Below, one piece after another: positions 19,053-28,185 of a stretch of 64,000 bases of DNA. This DNA is from a virus. Its lineage: Duplodnaviria; Heunggongvirae; Uroviricota; Caudoviricetes. A program made the position numbers and the translations under genes. The number at the start of each line of letters is the position of its first letter. The first letter of the stretch is position 1. The stretch lies in IMG/VR virus record IMGVR_UViG_3300018475_000004; one strand, written 5' to 3'. Below the pieces are notes generated by a model, which saw only the letters and a program-made list of their open reading frames with translations, was not told the DNA's origin and searched no databases.

Positions 19053-19958
19053 ATGGAAGAAAATGTAATTATTATGGAAGATGAGGCCCAGGAAGCTCTC
19101 AATGATTTCGAGGCTACTGTTGCCGATGTGGTAGTCCTCGATGGTGTAAAAGCCTATCTGAAGTCTATCGGTAATCACCCCCGTTTGAATTTTGACCAGG
19201 AGAAAGAATTGAGCGTAAAGGCGCTCAAGGGCGACCAGGACGCAATCAATGAACTGGTAAGCTGTAATCTACTTCTGGTTGTTCCCATCGCAAAGAGATA
19301 TTATGGTTGCGGTCTGCCCCTGCTTGATCTCATCCAGGAGGGCAATCTCGGTCTGATAAAGGCCGCTCAGAAGTATGATGGTACTAAGGGTTGGAGATTC
19401 TCTACCTATGCTACCTACTGGATTCGCCAGTCTATTTCTCGTGCGCTCGGTGACCAGTCTCGCACCATTCGCATTCCCGCAAATATGGTTGAGCTTCTGG
19501 GCAAAATCCGCAAGGCAACCAATGAACTACTTCTGAAAAATCATCGTCAGCCGACCGATGAAGAAATCGCCAAGTATCTGAATGAAGATTTGGAAAAGGT
19601 TCAGACCATTCTGGACATTTCTCAGGCAGTATCTTCTCTGGATGTGGCCGTTGATGAAGACGGTGAAACCAGTGTTGGTGACCTGGTAGCAGACCATAAT
19701 GCTGAAAGTGGCTACGGCAACCTTGTCAAGGAAGCTAACAGCCAGATTGTCCGTGCGGTTCTGGATACTCTTCCCACTCGTGAAGGTGAGATTATGAAGA
19801 TGCGTTTCGGCATTGACCACGAGAAGGCAATGACCCTAGAAGAAGTTGGTAAGGTCTACGGCATTACCAAGGAACGTATTCGTCAGATCGAAAATAAGGC
19901 AATTCGCAAGTTGCGGCATCCCGCTCGTGCGAGAATGCTGAGGGAGGCTATGGCATAA
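19053..19958 (+). CDS. Sigma-70 family RNA polymerase sigma factor (RpoD/SigA-like; regions 2, 3 and 4 present)
   Basis: 'LLLVVPIAKRYYGCGLPLLDLIQEGNLGLIKAAQKYDGTKGWRFSTYATYWIRQSISRAL' is region 2. 'TLEEVGKVYGITKERIRQIENKAIRKLR' is region 4.2. Confidence 0.8.
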   Translation: MEENVIIMEDEAQEALNDFEATVADVVVLDGVKAYLKSIGNHPRLNFDQEKELSVKALKGDQDAINELVSCNLLLVVPIAKRYYGCGLPLLDLIQEGNLGLIKAAQKYDGTKGWRFSTYATYWIRQSISRALGDQSRTIRIPANMVELLGKIRKATNELLLKNHRQPTDEEIAKYLNEDLEKVQTILDISQAVSSLDVAVDEDGETSVGDLVADHNAESGYGNLVKEANSQIVRAVLDTLPTREGEIMKMRFGIDHEKAMTLEEVGKVYGITKERIRQIENKAIRKLRHPARARMLREAMA

Positions 19959-20035
19959 TGGAATGGTGGGCAATAATTCCGTGGATTTTTATCGGCCTAG
20001 TTTTGATGGCCGCCTGCGCAGGATAAGGAGATAAC

Positions 20036-20395
20036 ATGAAAAGATATACTATTTGTTGGCTGATAATTTTGATTATCGTACTCTGTATTGGCACTTTGGC
20101 TGCTTGTTCTGCCACTCAAGTTGTTGATGGCGCAGAGGTTGAAGTTATTGATAATCGTTTTGCCATAATTGAGGAAATTGAATATGGCAATTATGTCGTG
20201 TATGATATCAATACCAGAGTTGTACTCTATATTGAAACTGCTGGACATGGTGGTTATCTAACCCCTTACCAGATTTATAAGGACGGCGCAATTTATGGTG
20301 CCATATATGAAAACGGTCAAATTGTCGCAAAGCCTTATGCAATGGGCATTACCGAGGAAATGATTGGTAATTATTTCAATAAGATTTTTGGATAA
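20036..20395 (+). CDS. Lipoprotein (lipobox LAACS)
   Basis: Signal peptide and lipobox. Confidence 0.5.
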   Translation: MKRYTICWLIILIIVLCIGTLAACSATQVVDGAEVEVIDNRFAIIEEIEYGNYVVYDINTRVVLYIETAGHGGYLTPYQIYKDGAIYGAIYENGQIVAKPYAMGITEEMIGNYFNKIFG

Positions 20396-20400
20396 TAAAT

Positions 20401-20427
20401 GGCTCCTTCGGGAGCCATTTTTCTTTT
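20401..20427 (+). terminator. Terminator (ggctcc ttcg ggagcc plus T-run)
   Basis: Seen in sequence. Confidence 0.7.
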
Positions 20428-20511
20428 ATCTGCTCCGGCCGCTGACACTGAGACAACCGACACCCCAAATCTAAAAGCGATTTAGAAATTTTCTAACCAA
20501 AAACCTTCTTT

Positions 20512-20540
20512 TTGATTTTTATAAAAAAATATGATATAAT
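20512..20540 (+). promoter_or_regulatory. Conserved cassette promoter
   Basis: ttgatttttataaaaaaatatgatataat. Confidence 0.7.
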
Positions 20541-20579
20541 ATATATACAAAGGTAAGAAAAGAAAGGAATTGATAAAAA

Positions 20580-21491
20580 ATGAAATTTTTCATGGACTTT
20601 GAAGCAACCCGTTTCTCTAACCGCATTATCAGCATTGGTTGTGTAGCCGAAAATGGTAGCACATTCTCAACTCTGGTTCATCCCGGTAAGAAAAAGGTTG
20701 ATAAGTTTATCACCGAGCTGACTGGCATTACCAATGAAATGCTGGAAAATGCTCCCAGCGCCGATCAGGCATTTCTGGATTTTTACGATTTCGTCGTTTC
20801 TAACTTTGATGAAGAGCCTCCCGAGTATTATGTTTATGGCAACTGCGACAGCTCTTTCCTCCACGCGACTGCTCGCAAAATGACCATCCCCAAGGCTATC
20901 ATCTTTGCACAGGCACTCGCCGGTAATTTGATCGACTATGCTTCTACTGTGAAACAGTTCTTCGTTGCCAAGAATGATCTGGCTCTGCGGAAAGTCTATA
21001 TGCTGGTCCAGGATGAAAAGGATCTGGTCCAGAAGCACGATGCTCTGGAAGACGCTCGGATGCTCTGCACCGTTGTTGAGCATCTTTATGAGAAGTGTAA
21101 GCCGGAGGATAAGGAAACTATCCTGTCCATGCCCTCTCAGCCCAAGCCCTTCCCTCGCGGAAGCAAGGTTCATCCCCTATTCATTCAGTGGGAGCGTGAA
21201 AAGAAGTGGGCGGCAACCACCGGCGCAAATAAGGATAACTGGGTAGTCAAGGCTATCGATAAGGACAATGGTGCAACCCTGTATTTCCCTGACTGGAACA
21301 TCGCTGCTCTGTGGATTGTCAAGTATATCGCTCGCAATATCTCCCCCAAGAAGGAAGAGCAGATGAAGAAGGTTATCAGCGCAATCCAGTCTGCTCCTCA
21401 GACCGGTAAGTGCCGATATAACTGCTATTGGGAATATAATCCCGAGGGCGCAATCACAATGGTTGCCAAGAGTGAAAGTGGTGAAAAGTAA
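20580..21491 (+). CDS. DEDDh 3'-5' exonuclease (DnaQ-like) with a C-terminal extension
   Basis: Exo I motif 'MDFEAT'; Exo III motif 'HDALEDAR'. Confidence 0.65.
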   Translation: MKFFMDFEATRFSNRIISIGCVAENGSTFSTLVHPGKKKVDKFITELTGITNEMLENAPSADQAFLDFYDFVVSNFDEEPPEYYVYGNCDSSFLHATARKMTIPKAIIFAQALAGNLIDYASTVKQFFVAKNDLALRKVYMLVQDEKDLVQKHDALEDARMLCTVVEHLYEKCKPEDKETILSMPSQPKPFPRGSKVHPLFIQWEREKKWAATTGANKDNWVVKAIDKDNGATLYFPDWNIAALWIVKYIARNISPKKEEQMKKVISAIQSAPQTGKCRYNCYWEYNPEGAITMVAKSESGEK

Positions 21492-21775
21492 TGAAAACCA
21501 TAACTGTGGGCGAGCTAATCGCCAAGCTTCAGGAGCATCCGCCTCATGTGCCGGTGTTCGTCTATGATATCGACAAAGAACGAGACCTCGCTATTGAGGT
21601 TGTGGAACTTGCGGGACCCCATCTTGAACCCGACGAGTGCGGGATCATTTCCGATATGTCCCCGTATTACTGTAAGGGTTATTCCCGCATTGAAGAGCAT
21701 TGGGGCAGAGAGGGCAAACAGCCTATCATTTGCCTCCGTGAAAAAACATACAGAGAACAGAAGAAAGGAGAGTAA
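21491..21775 (+). CDS. Hypothetical protein (94 aa)
   Basis: ATG overlaps the preceding TAA. Confidence 0.45.
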   Translation: MKTITVGELIAKLQEHPPHVPVFVYDIDKERDLAIEVVELAGPHLEPDECGIISDMSPYYCKGYSRIEEHWGREGKQPIICLREKTYREQKKGE

Positions 21776-21778
21776 TGT

Positions 21779-23242
21779 ATGTCTTACTGTGGATACATCA
21801 CCAATCTAATGAATGTGCGTGAGCACGGCAACGCAGATAATCTGGTTCTAGCAACCTGCTTTGAGAACACCGTCTGTGTTGCAAAGGATAAGTATTTTGA
21901 AGGACAGCTGGGTGTTTACTTCCCCGTAGACGGTCAGTTGTCTATGGAGTTCTGTGAAAAGAACGGCTTGCTGGCAGTCTATGATGAGTTCGGCAAGAAT
22001 ATCTCCGGCGGATACCTAGACCCCGCCAAGCGCAATGTGCGCGCAATCAAGCTTCGCGGTGAGCAGTCCGATGGTCTGTTCCTGCCTATCGAGTGTCTGG
22101 CTTACACCGGCGCTAAGCTGGATGAACTGACTCCTGGCACTCCTATCACCGTGCTAAACGGTCATGAAATCTGTCAGAAATATATCCCTCGTGGCAAGAA
22201 TAAGGGTAATGGTGTGAAGCGTCACGCTGGCCAGAAGCTAAAGCGTAAGAATATGGCACCTACTTTCTTCGAACACAAGGATACTGAGCAGTTGGTTTAC
22301 CATCTGAGCGAATTCAAGCCCGGTGACTACATCGAAATCACCCGTAAGCTACATGGCACTTCTGGCCGTACTGCATTTGTCCAGTCTTTTGATGGACATT
22401 CTTATACTACCAATAACATTTTCCACAAGTTCTTGGGTAAGATTCTGCCTGCGGCAAAGGCTCAGAAGTTTGCGGAAAAGCACTGCACTCCTGTGTTTGA
22501 TTACGACATCGTAACCGGCACTCGTCGTACTATCCTGGATAGCTTCGATGGTGGTTTCTACGGCTCTAATGAGTTCCGTAAGCAGTACCATGACTTCTTC
22601 AAGGGTAAGCTGTGGAAGGGTGAAACTATCTACTACGAAATCGTTGGCTTTACTCATGATGGTACTCCTATCATGAGCACCTGCTCCAATGAGAAGTTGA
22701 AGGATAAGGCTTTCGTAAAGCAGTATGGTAAGGTCACTACCTTCTCTTACGGCTGCGATCCAAAGGGAGTTGCGGTTGCTGGAGTTGCCGATCCTTCTAA
22801 CCCCGATACCGCATTCAGCGTGTCCAAGCCTCAGAGCGATATCTACGTATACCGTATGACCATGACCAACGAAGATGGCCAGGTTGTGGAGTACACTCCC
22901 GACTTTATGCGTTACCGTTGTATGTACATGGGCGTCAAGACTGTGCCTGTCCACTGGGCCGGTTTTATCCCCGACGAGGAAGTTTTCACCGGAACTTCTT
23001 GCGAGCTGACTGACGCAGGCCAGTTCGTACTGGAAAAGGCTGAACAGTTCTTCGATGGTCCCGAGCCTATCGACCCCACTCATATCCGTGAGGGTGTCGT
23101 AGTTCGTGTAATCAATCGTCCTACTTTTACTGCTTATAAGCATAAGAACTTCAATTTCAAGGTTTTGGAAGGCATTATCAAAGACACTGCCGAAGCACCT
23201 GATATGGAAGAGGCTGATGGCTTAGATGAAGCAGGCGAGTAA
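21779..23242 (+). CDS. ATP-dependent RNA ligase, Rnl2/Rnl5-like (N-terminal domain plus nucleotidyltransferase with a K-x-H-G motif)
   Basis: 'ITRKLHGTS' fits ligase motif I (KxHGxN). 'ETIYYEIVG' fits an EG(Y/F)V-like motif IV. A roughly 190-aa N-terminal extension resembles the DraRnl/NgrRnl architecture. Confidence 0.5.
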   Translation: MSYCGYITNLMNVREHGNADNLVLATCFENTVCVAKDKYFEGQLGVYFPVDGQLSMEFCEKNGLLAVYDEFGKNISGGYLDPAKRNVRAIKLRGEQSDGLFLPIECLAYTGAKLDELTPGTPITVLNGHEICQKYIPRGKNKGNGVKRHAGQKLKRKNMAPTFFEHKDTEQLVYHLSEFKPGDYIEITRKLHGTSGRTAFVQSFDGHSYTTNNIFHKFLGKILPAAKAQKFAEKHCTPVFDYDIVTGTRRTILDSFDGGFYGSNEFRKQYHDFFKGKLWKGETIYYEIVGFTHDGTPIMSTCSNEKLKDKAFVKQYGKVTTFSYGCDPKGVAVAGVADPSNPDTAFSVSKPQSDIYVYRMTMTNEDGQVVEYTPDFMRYRCMYMGVKTVPVHWAGFIPDEEVFTGTSCELTDAGQFVLEKAEQFFDGPEPIDPTHIREGVVVRVINRPTFTAYKHKNFNFKVLEGIIKDTAEAPDMEEADGLDEAGE

Positions 23243-23322
23243 TCCAGCACTGGCGGTCGCTGCCTGGGCGGCCGCCCATCCCCTCCCCACAGGCACAGTA
23301 CCAAGAGGAAGAGTGAAGAAAA

Positions 23323-23523
23323 ATGAATCTACTACAATCCCCCGAGTATATGGTTTTCGACCTGATGGAGGAGTATGCCACCTATCTATACAACTACCCG
23401 AAATTCATCGTGCCAAAAGGCTCTATATATGTATTTCGGATTCGCCAATTAGATGCTGTGTGGATAAAGGTCGGAGACGGCGAAAATGCTCTAATTGATT
23501 TACCCCATATCGTTGCTCAGTAA
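23323..23523 (+). CDS. Hypothetical protein (66 aa)
   Basis: RBS agaggaag; TAA stop. Confidence 0.4.
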   Translation: MNLLQSPEYMVFDLMEEYATYLYNYPKFIVPKGSIYVFRIRQLDAVWIKVGDGENALIDLPHIVAQ

Positions 23524-23535
23524 GGAGGTAGCACA

Positions 23536-24192
23536 ATGGCTAACGTTGAAAAAATGTATACCTATCTCAGAGGTTATCTAATCGGCGCAAATATGAAGCA
23601 GTCCATCACCGCTTTGCAGTTCGCCCGTGAACATCACAGTGGGCAGACTCGCAAAGATGGAACGCCTTATATTGTTCATCCCCTGTCAATGGCCTGCTAT
23701 GCCGTGGCTCTTGGCTTGCGCGATGATAATATCATTGCTACCATCCTACTTCATGATACCGTAGAAGATTGCGGTGTGCGGCCCGAGTATCTGCCGGTAA
23801 ACGATACTGTTAAGCGTGCGGTTCAGTATATGACTATCACTAAGTTCGATACTGACTTAGATAAAATTGAAACAAAATGCCGTTATTTCAATGAACTCCT
23901 TGACTGCCGGGAAGCTTTGATTTGTAAGGCTCTTGACAGATACAACAACCTAGGCGATATGCCCATATCCTTTACCAAAGATGCCATGGGTAAAAATGTC
24001 GCAGAAACAGAGGTTCTGTTGCTCCCCGTATTGAAACGGGCAAAGGAGAGATATGCTGACTTGGCGGACATTTTATTTATTCTCCGCACGAATATTAGCA
24101 CTCTCAATGAGGCTATCAAAGTTCAGTGTTATGATGAATACACCCGATGGGCGTATATCTATAAGAGGGAAGATAAGAATGAACATTCTTAA
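23536..24192 (+). CDS. HD-domain (p)ppGpp hydrolase-like protein (RelA/SpoT hydrolase domain; small alarmone hydrolase family)
   Basis: 'HSGQTRKDGTPYIVHPLSMA...ATILLHDTVEDCGV' is the canonical SpoT/Mesh1 HD motif. Confidence 0.7.
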   Translation: MANVEKMYTYLRGYLIGANMKQSITALQFAREHHSGQTRKDGTPYIVHPLSMACYAVALGLRDDNIIATILLHDTVEDCGVRPEYLPVNDTVKRAVQYMTITKFDTDLDKIETKCRYFNELLDCREALICKALDRYNNLGDMPISFTKDAMGKNVAETEVLLLPVLKRAKERYADLADILFILRTNISTLNEAIKVQCYDEYTRWAYIYKREDKNEHS

Positions 24193-24382
24193 AGCTCCAC
24201 CTCCTCCTCCACCTCCCGCTAAAGTGGGAGTGTGGAAATGGACTCCAGAAGGTAATCGAATATGTTCTAATTGCGGAATGCTTGAACCTGACTGTCTGCC
24301 CGGTGGCTCTGTCATATGGGACGATGAGAAGCGTTATTGTTTCCGTTGCGGAACCCGTTTATTATTCCCAAAGGACACCTAA
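24179..24382 (+). CDS. Small Pro-rich / zinc-ribbon protein (PPPPPPP...CSNCG...CFRCG)
   Basis: ATG 24179 overlaps the previous gene; two CxxC pairs. Confidence 0.4.
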   Translation: MNILKAPPPPPPPAKVGVWKWTPEGNRICSNCGMLEPDCLPGGSVIWDDEKRYCFRCGTRLLFPKDT

Positions 24383-24396
24383 AAAGTGTCCTTTTT
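24372..24396 (+). terminator. Terminator (ggacac...gtgtcc plus T5)
   Basis: Seen in sequence. Confidence 0.6.
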
Positions 24397-24423
24397 GATT
24401 TTTTACAAAAAATATGTTATAAT
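24395..24423 (+). promoter_or_regulatory. Conserved cassette promoter (variant)
   Basis: ttgattttttacaaaaaatatgttataat. Confidence 0.65.
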
Positions 24424-24463
24424 ATATATGTAAAGAATAAGAGATATGAATGGAGAGGATACT

Positions 24464-25096
24464 ATGGGTAAGTACACTAAGAAGAGTAATTCTACTAAGC
24501 GCCGTCGTCGTCAAATCGCCCAGATTCAGAGAATCACAGTTTATGTCTTGATTCTCGTAATCACCATCATGATTACTTCAATTTCCCAGCGAGTCAAGTA
24601 TAAAAATCAAATCAAAGAACTGAATGAACTCCACCAGGAGGGCATGATTGCTCTGCGAATTGAGCTGCGAGATGAATATGAATCTGAAATCGCTGCGATT
24701 GAGAAATATTACGAATATGGTGGCGATGTAGAACAGATTGAACTGGAAGCCGAGTGGATCGCACGGGTTATGTATGGTATGTACAAGCCTGACCACAAGG
24801 ATTCTGACCTGCGCGCAATCGTCTGGTGTATTCTGAACCGTGTTGACAACAGAGCTTATCCCGGAGAAATCCAGGCTGTATGTCAGCAGGCTAAGCAGTG
24901 GATGGGTTATTCCGATGATAACCCCGTGCTGGCTAAGCTGTATGACATCGCTTTGACCGAACTAAAGAGCTGGCATAATGGCGTTCCTCGCCCCATGACC
25001 GCAGACTTCGTATATCTGACTTGGTCTTCCAAGGAGATTTTACTGCGCGACACATTTGAGGAAAACCGCAACACTAACTACTGGCGCATGAACTAA
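24464..25096 (+). CDS. Membrane-anchored SleB-like cell-wall hydrolase (Hydrolase_2 family)
   Basis: N-terminal TM segment; 'AIVWCILNRVDNRAYPGEIQAVCQQAKQW' matches the SleB domain motif. Confidence 0.55.
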   Translation: MGKYTKKSNSTKRRRRQIAQIQRITVYVLILVITIMITSISQRVKYKNQIKELNELHQEGMIALRIELRDEYESEIAAIEKYYEYGGDVEQIELEAEWIARVMYGMYKPDHKDSDLRAIVWCILNRVDNRAYPGEIQAVCQQAKQWMGYSDDNPVLAKLYDIALTELKSWHNGVPRPMTADFVYLTWSSKEILLRDTFEENRNTNYWRMN

Positions 25097-25101
25097 AAGA
25101 A

Positions 25102-25130
25102 AAGGCTCTCTGAACAAGAGAGCCTTTTTT
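25102..25130 (+). terminator. Terminator (aggctctct...agagagcct plus T6)
   Basis: Seen in sequence. Confidence 0.7.
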
Positions 25131-25157
25131 GATTTTTCAAAAAAAATATGTTATAAT
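25129..25157 (+). promoter_or_regulatory. Conserved cassette promoter (variant)
   Basis: ttgatttttcaaaaaaaatatgttataat. Confidence 0.65.
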
Positions 25158-25191
25158 ATATGTATAAAGAATAAGGAAGGAATTGAAAAAT

Positions 25192-25791
25192 ATGGAAAAG
25201 ATTAAGGTAGTCATTGTCGTTGATATGCAGAGGGACTTTATCGATGGCGCACTGGGTACTCCCGAAGCCCAGGCTATCGTTCCTCTGGTTGCGGAAACCA
25301 TTCATCAACTTGCTGATCCCAATACCGCTATCATCTTCACCAAGGATACTCATACCGATGACTATATGAATACTCTGGAAGGTAAGAACCTGCCCGTTCC
25401 TCATTGCATCGAAGGCACCGCTGGCTATGGCATCGTCGATGAAGTCTTTGAAGCCTGGATTCATCATGCCCAGGGCGAAAATCGCTATATGTCCGGTTAT
25501 GATGCATATCCCGTTTATGACGAGAACCCCATCCGCGTCAAGAAGCCTACTTTTGGCTCTGTTGAACTGCAGAATATTCTGTATGATATGAATGACCGCT
25601 TTGAAATCGAGGAAATCACTCTGATGGGCGTATGCACTGGCATCTGCGTCCTGTCCAATGCAATTCTGTGTAAGGCAACTCTGCCCGAAGTTCCTGTCAA
25701 TGTCGTTGCTGACTGCTGCGCTTGCGTGACTCCTGAGTCCCACAAGACCGCCCTGGAAGCAATGAAGCTGTGCCAGATCAACATTATCTAA
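25192..25791 (+). CDS. Cysteine hydrolase of the isochorismatase family, probable nicotinamidase (PncA-like)
   Basis: 'VVDMQRDFIDGALG' and 'GVCTGICV' give a D-K-C triad arrangement. Confidence 0.6.
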   Translation: MEKIKVVIVVDMQRDFIDGALGTPEAQAIVPLVAETIHQLADPNTAIIFTKDTHTDDYMNTLEGKNLPVPHCIEGTAGYGIVDEVFEAWIHHAQGENRYMSGYDAYPVYDENPIRVKKPTFGSVELQNILYDMNDRFEIEEITLMGVCTGICVLSNAILCKATLPEVPVNVVADCCACVTPESHKTALEAMKLCQINII

Positions 25792-25803
25792 GGAGGATAG
25801 CCA

Positions 25804-26634
25804 ATGATTAGAGTAGGTAATATTTCTATTCGTAGCGGTCAGTCCATGTTCCCCGATCACTCTTTGCTTATCAAGCTCAATCCAGAAGAGATGTTTGATA
25901 ACAGAGGCGCCATCAAGGTGGAATGGCTTTATGAAGACGATAGCGAACTCTTCACTCTAATCTGCGTGAAGCGTCATATCGACCGCCACTTTGGCAACAC
26001 CGATGTTGTTCTGGATATGCCCTACATTCCCCACGCTCGCATGGATCGAGTAAAGTCTGATTCTGACGTCTTTACTCTGAAGTATTTCTGCGAGATTATT
26101 AACTCTCTGAACTTCAAGATTGTTTGGGTGCGGGACGCCCATAGCAACGTGAGCCTGGCTCTGCTTGATCGAGTAGAGGATACTGGTGTTGAGCCTTATA
26201 TTCATAAGGCTACTCTGGCTTCCAAGGCTGAAGTTCTGTTCTTCCCCGATGAGGGCGCAATGAAGCGCTACTCTGATAAGTCCCCTCTACCTTATGCTTT
26301 TGGTATGAAAAAGCGAGACTGGGCTACTGGCAAGATTTTAGGTCTAGATATTATCAATGCCGAGAACATCAAAGACAAAGATGTTCTGATTGTTGATAAT
26401 ATTTGCTCCAGAGGTGGCACTTTCTACCACTCCGCAAAGGCTTTGCTGGAAGCAGGTGCCAAGAGCGTAAGTCTGTATGTGACCCACCTGGAAGAAACTG
26501 TTACTCTTGGCGATCTGCCCGAGTCCGGTCTGATCAAGCATATCTATACCACTGAATCCATTTTCCCCCAGATGCTGATTGATGGTCCCTATGACGGTGC
26601 TGGCTGGGGCGGTTGGATTACTATATTTCACTAA
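25804..26634 (+). CDS. Ribose-phosphate pyrophosphokinase (Prs) family protein, short form; either a PRPP synthetase or an ADPR-pyrophosphokinase (Adps-like)
   Basis: 'MPYIPHARMDRV' matches Prs 'IPYFGYARQDRR'. 'VLIVDNICSRGGTFYHSAKALLEAGAKSV' matches Prs '[28 protein letters not shown]'. Confidence 0.65.
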   Translation: MIRVGNISIRSGQSMFPDHSLLIKLNPEEMFDNRGAIKVEWLYEDDSELFTLICVKRHIDRHFGNTDVVLDMPYIPHARMDRVKSDSDVFTLKYFCEIINSLNFKIVWVRDAHSNVSLALLDRVEDTGVEPYIHKATLASKAEVLFFPDEGAMKRYSDKSPLPYAFGMKKRDWATGKILGLDIINAENIKDKDVLIVDNICSRGGTFYHSAKALLEAGAKSVSLYVTHLEETVTLGDLPESGLIKHIYTTESIFPQMLIDGPYDGAGWGGWITIFH

Positions 26635-26652
26635 GAAAGGAGCATACTCCAA

Positions 26653-27161
26653 TGGATAAGTATGAAACCCTCAAAGCTGATATGACGACAGCTTTAAAAG
26701 AGGGTAATAAACTTCGTCGTCTAACTATCGCCGATATGGTAGCTTCCATTGACAAGGCTGCTACTGCCGACAAAACCCGTGTTGCAATCACTGATACACT
26801 GGTTGATGAAGTATTGACAAAGTATGTCAAGACTGTAAAAGAAATGATCGATACCTGCCCCGACGGTGAGAAGTATGCGGCCCGCAAGGCTGAATACCGC
26901 GAAAAGTTGGCTATTGTGGAGGAATATGCTCCCAAGGTCATTGACGATGTTGATGAAATCGTCAAGATGGTCAATTACTGGGGTATCTGCAATGCTGTTT
27001 CTATCACTTCTGGCAATAAGGGCGTTATCGTAAAGAATGTAATGCCTTTCTTGAAAAAGCAGGGTTGTGATATGAAGTCTGCTAAGATGGCTGTGGATAA
27101 GGCTATGGCTCAGGGCGACGTCGTTCTGGAAGCCCAGCTGAATGGAACAGGAGATAACTAA
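26653..27161 (+). CDS. GatB/YqeY-domain protein
   Basis: AAAGGAG RBS; 'YETLKADMTTALKEGNKLRRLTIADMVASI' is YqeY-like. Confidence 0.5.
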
Positions 27162-27162
27162 A

Positions 27163-27933
27163 ATGGAAAGCTTTGACGAACGCATAAAACAATTGAATGA
27201 AATGATTGCGGGAGCCAAGCGTATCGTATTTTTGACCGGAGCTGGTATCTCTACCGGCTCCGGCATTCCGGACTTCCGCAGCAATAATGGCTTATACAAT
27301 ACCAGTGAAGAAGATGAGCCAGAATATATGTTGAGCCACACCTGCCTCAAAATGGAACCTGAGCGGTTCTTCCAGTATTTACGAAATAATATGGATTTTC
27401 GCAATGCTGAACCGAACATCGCTCATAAAAAAATCTCTGAGCTGCAGCAAGCAAGAACTGTGTCTGTGGTTACTCAGAATATTGACGGACTCCATGAAAA
27501 AGCCGGTTCAAAAGTAGTTGACACAATTCATGGCACCATGGCTGACTGGTACTGCCCTGGCTGCTTATGTGAGACATTCATTCCAGAAGATGTAATGGAT
27601 GGCAACTATGATGATAAAAATGGTGTGCCGAGGTGCCCTCTATGCGGCGGCGAGTTCACTATCCGCCCCGATATCACCCTATATGGCGAAAGTTTACCGG
27701 GTCTTCAGTGGCAAATGGCAATGGCTCATGTATCTGCAGCTGACCTTATGATTATCGTTGGCACTTCTTTGGCAGTCGCTCCCGCAAATTTCTTACCTGA
27801 TTGGTTCCACTCTGATAATATCGTAATAATCAATCGTGATGAGGTCGAGCGCAAAGGTTATTTCCCCGTAAAATTGCGTTTTACCGAAGATATTTGTGAG
27901 GTCTTTGAAAGGATTGAAATTCCCAATGATTAA
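27163..27933 (+). CDS. Sir2-family NAD-dependent protein deacylase (CobB-like)
   Basis: 'VFLTGAGISTGSGIPDFRSNNGLYN'; CxxC...CxxC zinc module 'CPGC...CPLCGG'. Confidence 0.75.
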   Translation: MESFDERIKQLNEMIAGAKRIVFLTGAGISTGSGIPDFRSNNGLYNTSEEDEPEYMLSHTCLKMEPERFFQYLRNNMDFRNAEPNIAHKKISELQQARTVSVVTQNIDGLHEKAGSKVVDTIHGTMADWYCPGCLCETFIPEDVMDGNYDDKNGVPRCPLCGGEFTIRPDITLYGESLPGLQWQMAMAHVSAADLMIIVGTSLAVAPANFLPDWFHSDNIVIINRDEVERKGYFPVKLRFTEDICEVFERIEIPND

Positions 27934-28180
27934 ATTTTTACTTGCCTGTCTGGCAATGGTTTGTACCATTTTTGGCTTTGCCCTAGTCGGAGCAGCAATC
28001 TGGCTTGTAGCCTCTTTTCTCGAAGCTCTATTCCTTGTCATTCCTGCTTCTGTCGGCGTAGTTATCGCCGGAATTGTAGTCATTGGCTGGATAGGCTGGA
28101 TGATTTGGTTCGTATTCAAAGTTTGTTGGATTTTCGCAAAATCCTTATATGAGACGTTCTGCGAAACATTTATCAAGTAA
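27926..28180 (+). CDS. Small membrane protein (2 TM)
   Basis: ATG overlaps the preceding TAA; hydrophobic. Confidence 0.45.
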   Translation: MIKFLLACLAMVCTIFGFALVGAAIWLVASFLEALFLVIPASVGVVIAGIVVIGWIGWMIWFVFKVCWIFAKSLYETFCETFIK

Positions 28181-28185
28181 TATTG

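Noticed and set aside
20667-21173. 168-aa minus-strand ORF
   Set aside because: Antisense to the DEDDh exonuclease gene.
22349-23143. 264-aa minus-strand ORF
   Set aside because: Antisense to the RNA ligase gene. No start context.
25093-25860. 255-aa minus-strand ORF
   Set aside because: Antisense to the PncA-like and Prs-like genes, which are well supported.
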